DNA from: the human T2T-CHM13v2.0 reference genome, Homo sapiens
DNA length: 64,000 nt
Strand: one strand, 5' to 3'
NCBI RefSeq assembly: GCF_009914755.1
Contig: NC_060934.1
In this document: in pieces, positions 1 through 16,510 of the stretch
Position numbering within the stretch: the first letter of the stretch is position 1
How the letters are laid out: every line of letters starts with the position of its first letter
The notes under the pieces: generated by a model
The model's input: the letters and a program-made list of their open reading frames with translations, nothing else
Told to the model about the DNA's origin: nothing
Databases searched by the model: none
Translations under genes and position numbers: made by a program

Positions 1-574
1 TTGTGTCAAAATATTCATTTCTCCCATAACTGTTGAGTAAACGTAGCCATTAGTGTATGCATACAATTTCCCTTAATCCTCAGAGCATTCAAGCAGCAGG
101 TAGACACTCCCTGCTGAGAAACATATTTGAGTGAGATGAGCATTTTTAAAAGGCGCATGAAAGTATTCACCATCTGGGGAGGCCAGAATCATTCTCCCGT
201 GTTCAGCATGAATTCAGGTGACTTCGGGAAATGGGGAGCAGTGATGTTGCTCTCAATTTTTGCTGCCTACTGATTTCAGCTTTCCTTGTAGCAGCTGGAA
301 CTGAAGAATCTCCTGAGCAAACAGTAGCTTAAAGGCGGAACATCTTGGAAAGTGGGAGATGACTCTGAAGTCTTTCAGACAAGGGATGTTCATAGGTAGC
401 ATCAGTTCTTATACCAGAGGCATCATTCTTTCTAAGATGGCCCTGTAACCTTTTTCAGTTTTCTGTAGAAATTGCTTTTTACATGTTTGGTTGCTACATA
501 GCAAAATGGCCTTGCCTAATACAGAGAAAACATCCCACTCACTCTATACCTTTTTATTTATTTCATTTAAGTAA

Positions 575-787
575 CACTTAAGTAAATGATGATTACTATG
601 TACCAAATATTAACTCAATTCTTATAACATTCTTTTGAGGTGGGTACTATTATTTCTCCCATTTTTTAGATGGTAAAACCAAGGGACAGAGTGATCAAGT
701 AACTTGTCCATGGGCACACAGCTAGTAAAGCAGGATTCAAAACCATATTGTGGCTGCAGAGTCCCTGATCTGAACCACTGTGCCATA
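575..787 (-). mobile_element. MIR SINE fragment
   Basis: Reverse MIR core: ...ctattatttctcccattttttagatggtaaaaccaagggacagag...aagtaacttgtcc...ggattcaaaacc. Confidence 0.75.
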
Positions 788-844
788 GACTGCTCACCTT
801 GCCTTCATCTCAGAGAGCTTGCCTTGTTGCCTTCTCTTTAAGTC

Positions 845-1050
845 CAGGGCTGCTGCATATTGTACAGATTGTTTACTAGCTGAGGAGGCCCAGTCAAGGG
901 ATGTGGGAGCTGAAGTCTAGCTTGTCTTCAGTTTACCAAACTCTGTGTTCTGGTACGCTGCTACTACCCAGAGACAGAGGAGTCTTTATCCAATTTGGAC
1001 ATAGGCCCTGTATGGGATAGCAGTGGCTCATACATTCTAAGGCTCCCTCC
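845..1050 (+). mobile_element. MER91A-like hAT-Tip100 remnant
   Basis: cagggctg terminus followed by ...gtgggagctgaagtctagc, resembling the recalled MER91A consensus. Confidence 0.4.
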
Positions 1051-1599
1051 TCTACCTTCATACTGGATCCTACCCCTTCCTGTCTCTTCTAATGCCTTGG
1101 GGCTTCCTTGACTTCTCAAGTGTGGACAAAAATTTGACCTGATGAATAACATGAAACTGTACCTCTTGATATCAGTTCATTGTCTGCATAAAAGCCTTTA
1201 GGATACTTTGAAGCAGTTTTAGCGTCTCTTGCCTATACCACAGAACTAATATTTAAACTCTTTCAGTATCTTATAGCCTTTTTCTGAGAATCTTTAGAAG
1301 TGTGGTAGGTCCCTCTTAATTATAAAACTGCTCAAAAATGAAAAGCAAAGTCACCAAAAAGTTAAATTGAAGTATTCATTAAATCATGGAACCCAAATGC
1401 CTTTTATAGAATTGTTTGGGAATAGGGAAAGTATGTTTAAGTTGGATTTTAGGGTATCTGGAGAGCTTTTCCCTCTAATCTAAGGGGTTGATAACGTCAG
1501 AAGGAGCTGGGAAAGGACTGTGGTGCTGACTGTGAGGTGGTGGCTGTTGGTATGACCTGGTCATCTGCTATGTTCACAGGCTGTGTTCACAGGCTGAAA

Positions 1600-2360
1600 C
1601 ACCTTTTCTGATTGGCCTCCTAACTCTGCTTTTGCCAACCTCCAATTCATTCCTAACACACACAGCCAGGCTAATCTTCATGGAATGCAAATGTGATCCT
1701 GATACTCCTTAAAATCCTTGAATGCCTTCTAATTGCTATTAGTATAAGATTCTTAACATGGCCTGGCCCCTGTCTAGTTCTCATTTGCATATTGACCTGT
1801 TCTCCTCCTTTTCACAGTGCTTTAGACCCTCTGGTCTCCTTTTAATTAGTTCTAATGTCCTAAGCTGTCTCCCATTATAGTTTCTTCATATGTGTTTTTT
1901 TTAATTTACCTAAAATGTTTTATTTCTCCTCACCTGGTTAACTGCCACACATCCTTTGATCATTAACTTACACGTGACTTTCTTAGGAAAAAATATTAAT
2001 GTACTGAAAGCATCATGTAGGTGTCCTTGATAGCATCAATTATAGATGAAAATAAAGTGTTTAACACTTCTCTTCCTGGGTAGACTGTAGCCTCTGTTAG
2101 TCAGGGGCCATGTTTGCCTTAGTTTTTTCTTCTGGTACCTAAGTATTGAATAAGTATTTGATGAATGAATCAATGGGTGAATAAACTCATTAATGAACTA
2201 AGGAGATTTAACTTCCATATGTGGCTGTTTTCTTTCCCCACCTAGATTTCACATTTCATGAAGGCAGGAGCCATATCTGTACTCATTTTCATAGGCCCTG
2301 AACTGATTAGCCCAGAGCTTTGCAAATGGTGTGCCTCAGTAAAGATTTGCTGGTTAACTA
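1600..2360 (+). mobile_element. L2 LINE 3' fragments
   Basis: L2-type body ending in ttgatgaatgaatcaatg (2158-2175); second 3' fragment at 2230-2360. Confidence 0.7.
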
Positions 2361-3139
2361 ATTAATCTGCCAAGCTCAGATGAATTAGTTAAGGTATGGA
2401 AAAATAAGGAAAAGGTCAGGATGAAATAAATATACTGGATCATTCTGATGAAAGAGTGCAGTCTGGTGTTTCAAAGTACAGTGAATGCTGGTCTCTGCTT
2501 ATGTGCGATGATCAGTTAGTAGATTGTGCCCCATGTTGAACCCTCTATTTTCAACCTGATTGATTGTTTAACTGCTGACTTTTGTCTCCACTAACAGTAT
2601 TTGGTTAGCATAGGTAAAAGTCTTTGACCTGGGTTAGTAATAGCTGCTAATTGTATTTACTCTTTTGTTTCTGAGAGTAACTGGAATTTTTTCCCTCTAT
2701 TTGTTGATATGCCAAGGACTGTGTTTAATAGGTAGCTGATTAAACAGGTTGTGAAGAAGAAAACAAGATGTCTCAGGTTTTATCTTTTAATTTATTGATT
2801 TTGGATAGGGACTGCTTTTCATGGCTACAGATCATACATGTTTTCTGCACAATTATCCATATCCAATTCTTCCTGTTGGAAGAGGGTAGGACAGAGTCCT
2901 GAGCCTCTTGTTCAGAGGGCACAATCAATCCTCCTATGCCTATTGATTCTGACCTAAATTTGTATTTTCTTTTCTGTCTTTTTTTCTTCCTTTCTACATT
3001 AAAATCTGCCCATGCTTGGAAGAAAGACAGAAGAGCTGCAAAACAATTGGAATGGATTTTGCATTTTGTCTTGCTCTATCTGAATTATCATCATCGTCCT
3101 CATTTTCATCATCATCCTGTAGTCCCTCCCATCTTGTAG

Positions 3140-3320
3140 CATATTACAATTCCAAAGCCCTTTCACGTATGTTTACCTCACATGCTTTCCCCCTTGGCCT
3201 CAGTTGTTGCTCAATTTATAGCTCAGGAATCTTGGGCTCCCAGAGGTAAAGTGACTTAGGTAAGGTTATATGGCTAGAGAGTGAGTAAAATTGTATATAT
3301 TTGCCAGGAATCTTCTGATT
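3140..3320 (-). mobile_element. MIR fragment
   Basis: cagaggtaaagtgacttaggtaaggttatatggctag MIR core. Confidence 0.55.
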
Positions 3321-3562
3321 AAAAGGAATAAAAATCAAATTTCAGTGAGCTGCAAGCTTAATACAAAAAGAGTATATTGAAAAGAGTTTGGAGTTGTTTA
3401 CAGAATGAAAGAAAGACATACAGAAGCCAGGTCAACTTTTGGAACTGGAGCCAAAAAACTTGAAGCCTACGGGAATTTCTCACACCTTCTCATGTCTGCC
3501 AATTTTGGGGTGTTGATATCATTGAGTCAAACTTCCCCAGGTAGTAGGGACATGGTTATCAG

Positions 3563-3757
3563 TGGGGCTGCCATGTATGGTGTGCAGTGTACAAGTGTGT
3601 TCCATCCAAGTGTCACAAATCATACCACACTCAAAGATTTGTATGTTTATTATGATACATTTCCAGCAGATGGCACTCAAGTGTTTTTTCTAACAAAAAC
3701 ACTTTGAGGAAGAGGCACATTTTTCTGTTTTGCACAAAGACTCCTTAAGGGGCACTG
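3563..3757 (+). mobile_element. MER91B-like hAT-Tip100 element
   Basis: gggctgccatgta...gatttgtatgtttattatgatacatttccagcagatggca...gaggaagaggcac...tttgcacaaag matches the recalled MER91B consensus. Confidence 0.65.
3663..3676 (+). promoter_or_regulatory. CTCF core motif inside MER91B-like element
   Basis: CCAGCAGATGGCAC fits CC-R-S-Y-AG-R-K-GG-C-R; binding not shown. Confidence 0.5.
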
Positions 3758-4102
3758 GGGATGCTGCTTTCCAACAGTTCTGAGGTTACATTCTTCCTGG
3801 TTATAACAAATGAGAAAGATAAACCTTCCCCAGAAGCTCCAGCAGAACGAACCTAGAAAATAACTCTGATGGACCTGGCTTGGGTCCTACCTTGGACCAA
3901 TTTCTGTGTCTGAAGTGAGGCCCCAGACATCATAATCCACACACACTTTTAGTTTCATATATAAAATTCTGACGGCTGCCTACAAAATGCAGTAGATCCA
4001 TGTGTAATGACAAGTATAATCCCCCTTCTTCAAGACAGCTGTCCCAAACTATCACCCAACTACTGCATCCATTACCAGGTGCAAGGTCTTGGGTGATATG
4101 CA

Positions 4103-4491
4103 TGCTATGGTTTGACTGTGTACCTTTCAAAGTTCAGGTGTTGTCAATGTGATGGTATTAAAAGGCGAGGCCTTTAAGAGGTGATTAGATCAGGAGGGCT
4201 CCTCCCCTCATAAATTGGATTCAGATCCTCATAAAAGAGGTTTCACACAGCGTTCTGAGGAGCTTGCCCTCTGTCTTCTACCATGTGAAGACACAGCATT
4301 TCTTCCCTTTCGAGGATGCAGCAATGAGACACCATCTTGGAAACAGAGGCCAAACTCTCACCAGATGATAACCAGCTGCTGCCTTGACCTTGGACTTCTC
4401 AGTCTCCGGAACTGTGAGAAACAAATTTCTATTGTTTATAAATTACCTAGTCTGTGGTATTTTGTTATTGTAGCACAAATGAACTAAGACA
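4103..4491 (+). mobile_element. ERVL-MaLR solo LTR (MSTD/MLT1A-like)
   Basis: tgctatggtttg start; ...ctccggaactgtgagaaacaaatttctattgtttataaattacctagtctgtggtattttgtt...actaagaca end. Confidence 0.8.
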
Positions 4492-4715
4492 ATGCCTCTC
4501 AGTCAGGTCAGATATAGCCGCTGGAGATTCTGAAATCTATGGGTGTTGGGGCTAACTTAACTGTTTCTAACCCATCCAAGATACAACAATACAGGAAAAA
4601 CAGAATAGCTACACTCCAGGGAATGTGTCATAGTCCACTCAATAGGACTGTATGCCATATTCATTTTTTAACTCTCTGTCATTTTTACTCTCTTTACTTT
4701 TAGGTCTTTGGCATT

Positions 4716-4985
4716 CTTTTTTTTTTTATTTTTTAGAGACAAGATGTGGCTCTATCGCCTAGGTTGGGGTGGAGTGGCATGTTCTCATCACACGGCAACC
4801 TCTGCCTCCTGTGCTCATGCCATCCTCTCATCTCAGCCTCCCAAGTAGCTGGGACTGCAGGCACGCACCACCATGCCGGGGTAATTTTTGTATTTTTTGT
4901 AGAGACGGGGTTTCTCCATGTTGGTCAGGCTGGTCTTGAACCCCTGAGCTCAAGCAATTCACCCATCTTGACCTCCCAAACTGCC
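4716..4985 (-). mobile_element. Alu (AluJ-like)
   Basis: Poly-T followed by diverged reverse Alu dimer (ctcagcctcccaagtagctgggact...ggctggtcttgaac). Confidence 0.85.
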
Positions 4986-6084
4986 CGACCATTTGCCCAA
5001 TGGCCATTCAGCCTTTTGGCATTCTTTTCCTTGATTGTTTCCCTCCATGGCCACAATAGGTAGAGGGGCTGCCTATGGAGGGTAATATTCTTTGAGAAGC
5101 CCCTTTGCTATCTTTGTAGTTACAGCGACCCAGGGGTTTACCTTAGAGATTGAATGCTTAAAGGCTTCTAATTTAGGAATTTCTCCAGCAAAATATCTCT
5201 TTTAAAGAGCTAGTTTGATTTCAATGTTTAATTCATTATGATGGGCTCTATTGATTTATAGCCAACCAGAAATCTTATTGAGTCATAATATTTGACTCTG
5301 GACCTTGCCTTTGAAGGTTTTGTTTTTTAGAAACAAACCTATAGGACTTTGCCTGTCCTTCCATGGCCTCTCTAATAACTTCTTCCTTGGCCCCTGCCTC
5401 AGGGCAACTGAAGCAATAGGCTGAAATAAATCAGAGCTCATCTGCAATCAGGCTTCTGTCTACATCCCAATCATTTGTGCCTTATGATGAAAAAACTTAC
5501 TATTCTTCCTTAGGAAGAGGTGCACAGCAGGAATTGTTTGGGAGAAGCCTGGGTGACCTGCCTTTCCCATTTCTGAGTTATTCCTTACTATCCCCTCTCC
5601 TTATCAGTGCAGTGACTTTACTGTGGGGCAAAGGGTTCATCTTTGATGGTTTTGCAGGCAGCATGGCTGTCTGACCCTCAGCGGCTTTGGATCACTAGCC
5701 AAAGGCAGAAAGTGCCTCTGTTTTAACAACACCACATATCTATTTATTTTCTCCTATCTGCTTTAAGAAATGCCAATTTGGATTGAGACTTATTTTCATC
5801 TTGAAGGATCTTACTGAAGGCCATAAGAACTATCCAGCATGTCCTTATTTTTAAAATATTTTTATACCAAACCACCAAAATGTTATCATGGTCTGTCTGC
5901 AAAGATATAACAGGTAATGGTTAACACCTGCTTTGTTTTCCTTTAAGGAGGACTCTGCCTTCCCAGCTGGGAATGGAGGGATCTTGCATTCACCTCTACC
6001 TTATATCAACTAAGCCTATCCTAATTCTAAGAGTCTGCCATTTGCATTGCCCTACTTCTGGGTATTAATTTCTCTATTAGCCAG

Positions 6085-6510
6085 TCATTCTTGTGTTGCT
6101 AGTGACAGTGACTCAATTGTAACTAGCATAAGAGTAATTATTGGAAAGACCCTGGGTAACTTACACAAGACTTACAGGGAGAGGTGGCTCTGGAAAGGTC
6201 TATGACTGGAACTTGGGATTTGGGAATTGACTATTTCCTATTCCAGATCCTCTCTGGATGCTGGCTTCATTTGCTCTGACTCCTCCACATGGCTGCAGAA
6301 AGCTCTGGGTTACATCCTTATACCTCACAACCAAAGAAAAAAGAGGGATTCTTCTCTTCCTGCTCCATGAGGAAAATGCTGGAGAAGGGCTCTGATAAGC
6401 CTGGCTTGGATCAGTCATTGGACCTGAGGGGTGGGGTCCTGTAATTGGTTCAGCCTGGGCCTCCTGCCTTCCCTTTAAGCCCCAGCTGGGGAGAGCTTGT
6501 GGACAGGCAG
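6085..6510 (-). mobile_element. Old MaLR LTR remnant (MLT1-type)
   Basis: tcttgtgttgctagtgacag...aactagcataag and ctctgataagcctggcttggatca motifs; very diverged. Confidence 0.4.
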
Positions 6511-7524
6511 AAGGAAGCTACCACCCTAGGTACCTACTCACTAGGCTCTCAGCACAGAGCTCTGCCACCCCACCTTGCTGCCTTTGATATCGCTTAACCG
6601 ACTTGCCGGCTATTTTTCAGGTACTGAGAATTCTAATATCCTCTGTGTACTGTGATGATAGTTGCTGAATTCCTGGCTAGCATCATGTTTGTTCTTATGG
6701 GTGGTCAAAAATAAATACTCTGGTAGTTTTGAAACCATACCAGAGGAACCAAGGATGTCCTTTTAATAGCAAAAATAAAAACCGTTATCCGTTATCCTCA
6801 AAGACAACCAACTTTTCTTTAAAATTACTGCCCCCCCCCCGCTTTTTTTTTTTCTGATGCCATCCTTCTGGCTTTGGGAGAACAGTCACGTTCTGCCCAG
6901 ATTATGCTTTTGATGAATGTGGTCTCTGGATATTCAGCTGGGATGGTGATCTACAGAGACAGCAATTGAAATGGCCAATCACAGGAGCCGCCAAATCACG
7001 CCTGAGTGCAGGTGTGTGATTAACAGCAGGTGCTGGAGATGTCAGAGCTGGCAAATTGGAGTCTTCCTTTCTCCTCACCTTAGTGATGCTTTAGATTTCC
7101 TTGGAACTGAAATTTCTGCAGGAAGACAAACTTTGTCACAAACAGCTGCTCACTGGATACTTAAAATAGGCTGCTTTGCAGTGGGAGTCACTTTTTAAAG
7201 GCATATCACCTTTCTAGCTTGACTGTGAATCCCTTGGGTCCTTGGGACCAAGGACCTGAGTTTATATTTCTTTATATACCCACTCTTCCTAGAGGAGTTT
7301 TGTGTATGCAGAAGGTGTTTAGCCAGGGTTGGAGGGTTATTACGAAGGCAAGTCAAGAGGTGGAATGTTGGCACCATTGGCTTTAGAAAGTGGATAGAAA
7401 AGTCTCCCTAGTCTCAGGTGAATGGAAAATTATGACTATGGAATAAGCATTGATCTAGGAGCCAGTAGGTATCTGGGTTCTGATTCTATTTTGAATTCTG
7501 ACTAAGTTTTTGAACAAGAATAGT

Positions 7525-7930
7525 TGTTAAACATTTGAATGAGTGACTATTATGTGCTAGGAGCTGGGAGTAACAGTGCACCTGACAGACATTTCCATGA
7601 AGCTTTTATTTTAGTGGGAGAACACAGAATGCAAACAAGATGCTAAGCAAGATAATTATAGATAATCAGATATCCCATGAAGGAAGAGGGACATGACAGA
7701 GAGTAACTGAGGACACCTTTTAGGATAGGGAAGAAAGGGGTAAGATTGAATGAGAGTTAGGAATGTAGCCTCAGGATAAAACAGAGCTGAGTTTGAACCT
7801 CAACCTCTTCCACTTAGCAGCTGTGTGTCCTAAGCAACATTATGTAATTCCTCTGAGTCTCAATCTTATCTAAAAAATGGGGCTATGCACTTACTTATAA
7901 AGTTGATATAAAGGTTAAACTTTAAAATAC
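7525..7930. mobile_element. L2 (-) and MIR (+) fragments
   Basis: acatttgaatgagtgactattatgtgctagg (L2); gtttgaacctcaacctcttccacttagcagctgtgtgtcc...ctctgagtctcaat (MIR). Confidence 0.6.
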
Positions 7931-9247
7931 ATAGAAAATTAATAGTAAGGACTTACTATGATGTATTTTGGCCAGTTTCCTCTGGGTTGTGACAAAATGG
8001 TTTTGAATGCCTTTTCTAGTTCTAAATTTCTGATTTTTGCGGCCCAATTTTCTTTTTCTTTAAAAATAAATAAGAAAAGGAAAAAAAAAAAACAACCCTT
8101 CTGATTACTTTCCAAGTTCCAAAGGCTTTCAGTGAAACAGAAGATGCGTAATTGTCATTTCTACTTAACTTTGCAATCTTCTGAGCTGAGTGTCTTTAAA
8201 TAGGAAGAAGCAGCCATAAATCTTGCAAAGTTCAAAATCCATTACCTAGGGATATGGTTAATGTCTCCCAACTTGAAGTGTAATTATGTTTTTAAGAACA
8301 GAGCTGGCTAAAGAAAGCTTTGGTAGGTTTTTTTAAAAAAATTCCAAAGCAGCCATTAAATCAACAGTTATTCTAATTTAATTCATTGCATGTGGTCCCA
8401 GGTGTGGGTGTGACAAACCAAAGGATTTGTGGGATGAACAATCAGATTTTCCATCTCTCTACATTAACATGTGAGCAGAAGAGAATGAATGCCTTCTTAC
8501 AACCAATAATTAAAGGACCCTGAGGCACACATCACCCTCATCAGTGGCAGGGCTAAAATTCCTAGTCCCAGTGGGCTGCAAGGCAGGCCATTGAAACTCT
8601 AGACAAAGAGGCAGACACCATGTGTTCTATTCCTGAACTTGCTACTTTCCTACTGTGTGAAACTGCATCCCATATCTCTAGCCTCTTGTAAATATTTTAG
8701 GCATCCTATATCTACAGATGTTATTTATGAAAAAATTCCACATAAGCTGAAATCTCTACCTTATAAAGCCTCTTCTTTCATTTCAAAGCATTATGCCAGA
8801 AGACCTTTGCTTACATGTTTATAGAAGGGAGAACTTGCAAAAGAACTAATCTCACCTATCAGTATACTTCAGCTGGAAGTTGAGGGTGCCAAACACTCTT
8901 TGCTACTCCTGTATTTGAATGGTTGCCAGCTAAGAACAGACAATCTGAGACATACGGGTTTGAAATGAAGCTTTATTAGCTGTCCAATAACTGCCCTTCC
9001 TCCATATAGTCTTGATGCAGTTGACTTAACTCTGTTGAAGGATATAACTTAGACCAGAAGCCCAAATGGAGCTTCCTACTCCTCCTACCCTCAACAAATT
9101 CAGGGCAGCTGGATGCAGATTGTGGCTGGTGTGATTTATCCACTTACCCAGTTACTGGCATGGAAGCTGGGGAATGTCAGATCTCACTGGCAAGGACAGT
9201 TCCTGGTGGGCCAACTGCATAGTGACAAAAAGGAAAGGAGAAGGAAG

Positions 9248-9905
9248 TGTTCCTGGACCAAACCAAGGGTAGGGCTGCTCATTCTCTTGGCCCAATAACG
9301 AGATGCAGATGAACTGGGGAAGAAGACAGTTTTTATTTCTGTAACTGGTTACAGGGAGAAGGCCTGGAAATTATTGCCAGACCAACTCAAAATTACAAAG
9401 TTTTCCAGAGCTTATATACCTTCTAAGCTATATGTCTACGTGTAAGTGTGCATTCATCTAAAGACATAAGTTATTAACTTCTTCTGATCTATAACTAAGG
9501 TCTGAGTCCTGAAGACCTTCCTCTGAAGCCTCAGTAAATTTACTCAATCTAAATGGGTCCAGGTGCCATGGGTGATTACCCTTATCTTGTCTCCTATTAA
9601 ATCATGGAGGTTTGGGGAGTTCCTTCAGATCCCCAGTAAACTTGTTTGTGGGGGCCTGGAGTTTCTTCAGACCCTGAATAAAACTTGTTTAATCCTAAAT
9701 GGGTCCTGTTAAGAATTCCTTCGTTATCTTATCATGCTTCAAGGCCCAGGCAAAATTTTTGGTGGGCTTTTGTTACACTCCAGCCTTTATATGAGGGTGC
9801 TGGCTCTACCAGCTTTTAATATTTTACCTAACCACTCAGTCAGCGCTGAAACAGTTGTCATGGAGGCCTGCTTGGTCAGTTGTTAGTGAGACCTGGCCTG
9901 CCACA
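9248..9905 (-). mobile_element. ERV1-class solo LTR (PABL_A-like)
   Basis: TG...CA termini, 658 bp, 4-bp TSD gaag at 9244-9247 and 9906-9909; minus strand starts tgtggcaggccaggtctcactaac; subfamily tentative. Confidence 0.75.
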
Positions 9906-10439
9906 GAAGTGCTGTCATGAGAGAGATAGGGAGATAGGGTGGGGGTGGGGTGAGGAGAAAGAGGGAGAATTTCCTGCTCCTGCTTCAGAGCCACCTACCA
10001 GTCTAAGGAGTTTCTGATGGAAGAGAGATCCCATGTCTCTGCCTATAGGAAGAGTTAGCTCTTTAAAAACTGTCCATTTTCCTTCTCCCTCTCAGTTGAC
10101 TTTTCTTTCTAGGTGTTTATACCTTCATTTAGTCCAAGTTCCTAGGTGCCCCACACTCTGGTTTCTCCCTGGATTTGTCCTCTTGGGTTGTCTCACTCTG
10201 CATGTACTTTCTCACTCCCCACTAATGCACCTGCCCCATGATCTACTTCCTCAGCCTTCTATTTAATCTCAAAACTAGTTTCTTCTCTAATGTTATCCCA
10301 TGACCAAACATGAACATTTGTCTTTTCATGGTAATCTTTGAAGCGTTAACACAGAGTTGTGATTTATATGAGAATTTCAGGTTTTGAGGTAGGCAAGTGG
10401 GGAAATGTTTTATTCATAGAAAATTTCTCTGCCCCTCTA

Positions 10440-10735
10440 CTGGGCATGGTGGCTCATGTCGGTAATCCCAGCACTTTGGGAGGCTGATGTGGGAGGATAG
10501 GTTGAGCACCAGGAGCTCAAGACAAGCCATGCTGGGCAACATGGCTAAGCCACATCTCTACAAAAAAATACAAAAATTAGCTGGCATGATGGTATGTGCC
10601 TATACTAGTTACTTGGGAGGCTGAGGCAGGAGGATCACCTGAAACCAGGATGGTTAAGGCTGCAGTGAGCTGTGATGGTGCCACTGCACTCCATCCTGGG
10701 TGACAGAGTGAGACTCTGTCTAAAAATAAATAAAT
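10440..10735 (+). mobile_element. Alu (AluJ-like)
   Basis: Full dimer with A-rich tail; TSD-like aatttctctg(c/t)ccctc on both sides. Confidence 0.9.
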
Positions 10736-11599
10736 ATGACAATTTCTCTGTCCCTCAAATCGTGGAGAAAAGGCAACAGCCTGGTCTGCTTATACACAAA
10801 ATTGGCCTGGCCATGCTTGTCTCCCATGGCTAGATTTTATCATTTCCTGGACCTCTGATAAGGTGAATCAAATTGGCTTCAAAGTCCTTCAAGGAAGAAG
10901 AGGAAAACTCTTCTCAATCTGACAGTGTCCAATTTAGTATGAGAAGGAGTGAAGGATATTTGGTGTAAAGAAGAGAAACTATCGGGAGGCATGCTATTTG
11001 TTTTCATATCTGAAAAGGTGCTATTTGGAGAGGGTTTATTCTTTTATATCCAAAGAGTATGAGTTAAAGAGGGGCAGATTTGGGAGCTTTACGTAGGCTG
11101 GCTTGCGGACATGGAAAGCTCTTCATCCGGGGAATAGGTTGCCTTAGCTTCTGACCTTGAAGATGCTGAAGCAGAGGCTAAGTGACTACCTGCCACAATG
11201 CTGCAGGATGCCTCCTGTGTGTTGAATAAGGTTTGACTGATGACTTCTAAGCCTTCCTTCCCATGCTGAGATTTAATGGCCCTCTGTGTCCTCTGTTCTC
11301 TGCTAGTTGTCTCTACTGCTCAAGGTCTGGAGGAGCATTTGAAGAAAATGACTAAAGCTTCAGACTTCCACAGTTGCCAGATTTCTTAGCTTAGTTAAAG
11401 GCAAAACATCTCCAGGAGGCCTTGGCTGTGAGATGGTATAAAAAGCTTTAAAAAAAAAAACAACCTGGTGAACCAAGGGATATTGCCCTAATTTTGGAAT
11501 TATGCCTTAAGATTTGCAGAATTTTCAGAAAATTTGTCAGCCGGCATCATAGTCTGACTGTTTCTATTAACTATAGTCTTCTAGTTCTTAATACCTGTG

Positions 11600-12389
11600 G
11601 TTCAATTTTTATGCAAACTTTTAACAACTGATGTATATATAGGGAGATACACATGTGTAAAGTGTACAGCTTGATGAAGTCCAACAAATTGAACACAGTT
11701 GTGTAATCTCCATGAAGATAAAAATATGAGATTATACCTCAAAAGCCCCTCCTTCTGACGTGTATTTTTTCCCAGTCTTTTTATCCCACCATGTTCTCCC
11801 CAAAGGTGACAACATTCTGATTTCTAGCATTAAAGGTAAATTTTGCCTGTTTTTGAACTTTATATATCCACGCCAGCAGCATATGTGCCTTCCAGTTGCT
11901 CTACATTATTATTTATTAATTTTTTTAGAGGTGAGTGTCTTGCTATGTTTCCCAGGCTGGTCTCGAACTCCTCGCCTCAAGCAATCCTCCTGCCTCAGCC
12001 TCCCAGAGTGCTGGGATTACAGGTGTGAACCACTGTGCCCAGCCAGCTTGGCATTCCTTACAGCACTTGATATTACTAGGTCTTTTTTGCTTAAGCCATT
12101 TTGGTGTTGTGTAGCAATCATAGCAGTTTTTAAATTTGCATTTCCCTGATGACTAATGAAGCTGAATGCCTTCATCAGTGTTTGTTGGTTATTCAGATAT
12201 CTTCATTTAAAAAGTGCCTGTTCATGGCTTTTGCTCAACTATCTACTGGATTGTCTAACATGTAAATAAACATTCTTAATGTATGTTGAATATGAGTTCT
12301 TCGTTGGCTAGATATTTCGTAAATATTTTTCTATTTTTCATTTCACTTTTTTGATGGTATATTTTAACAAAACCTTTTTTTTGTATTTA
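11600..12389 (-). mobile_element. Old L1M/L1ME 3' region (host of the L1PA)
   Basis: Diverged reverse L1M 3' sequence (tttaaatttgcatttccctgatgactaatgaagctgaa); resumes at 18546. Confidence 0.7.
11908..12045 (-). mobile_element. FLAM/Alu left monomer
   Basis: Single monomer ...cccaggctggtctcgaactcc...gtgctgggattacaggtgtgaaccactgtgcccagcc. Confidence 0.8.
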
Positions 12390-12619
12390 AGTTATTTTTC
12401 TTTTTTTTTTAATTATACTTTAAGTTTTAGGGTACATGTGCACAACGTGCAGGTTAGTTACATATGTATACATGTGCCATGTTGGTGTGCTGCACCCATT
12501 AACTCGTCATTTAACATTAGGTCTATCTCCTAATGCTATCCCTCCCCACTCCCCCCACCCAACAACAGGCCCCGGTATGTGATGTTCCCCTTCCTGTGTC
12601 CATGTGTTCTCATTGTTCA

Positions 12620-16447
<3,828 letters not shown>

Positions 16448-16510
16448 TATGATGTTAGCTGGTTATTTTGCTTGTTAGTTGATGCAGTTTCTTCCTAGCC
16501 TTGATGGTCT

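Noticed and set aside
1-550. Possible host-gene exons in unique sequence (also 6890-7200, 20000-20460, 62050-64000)
   Set aside because: Splice-like signals occur but no consistent frame or recognisable protein; needs transcript data
2936-3249. Short ORFs with His/Ser runs (acidic run on the minus strand)
   Set aside because: Produced by a degenerate (CAT)n tract next to a MIR; no splice or homology support
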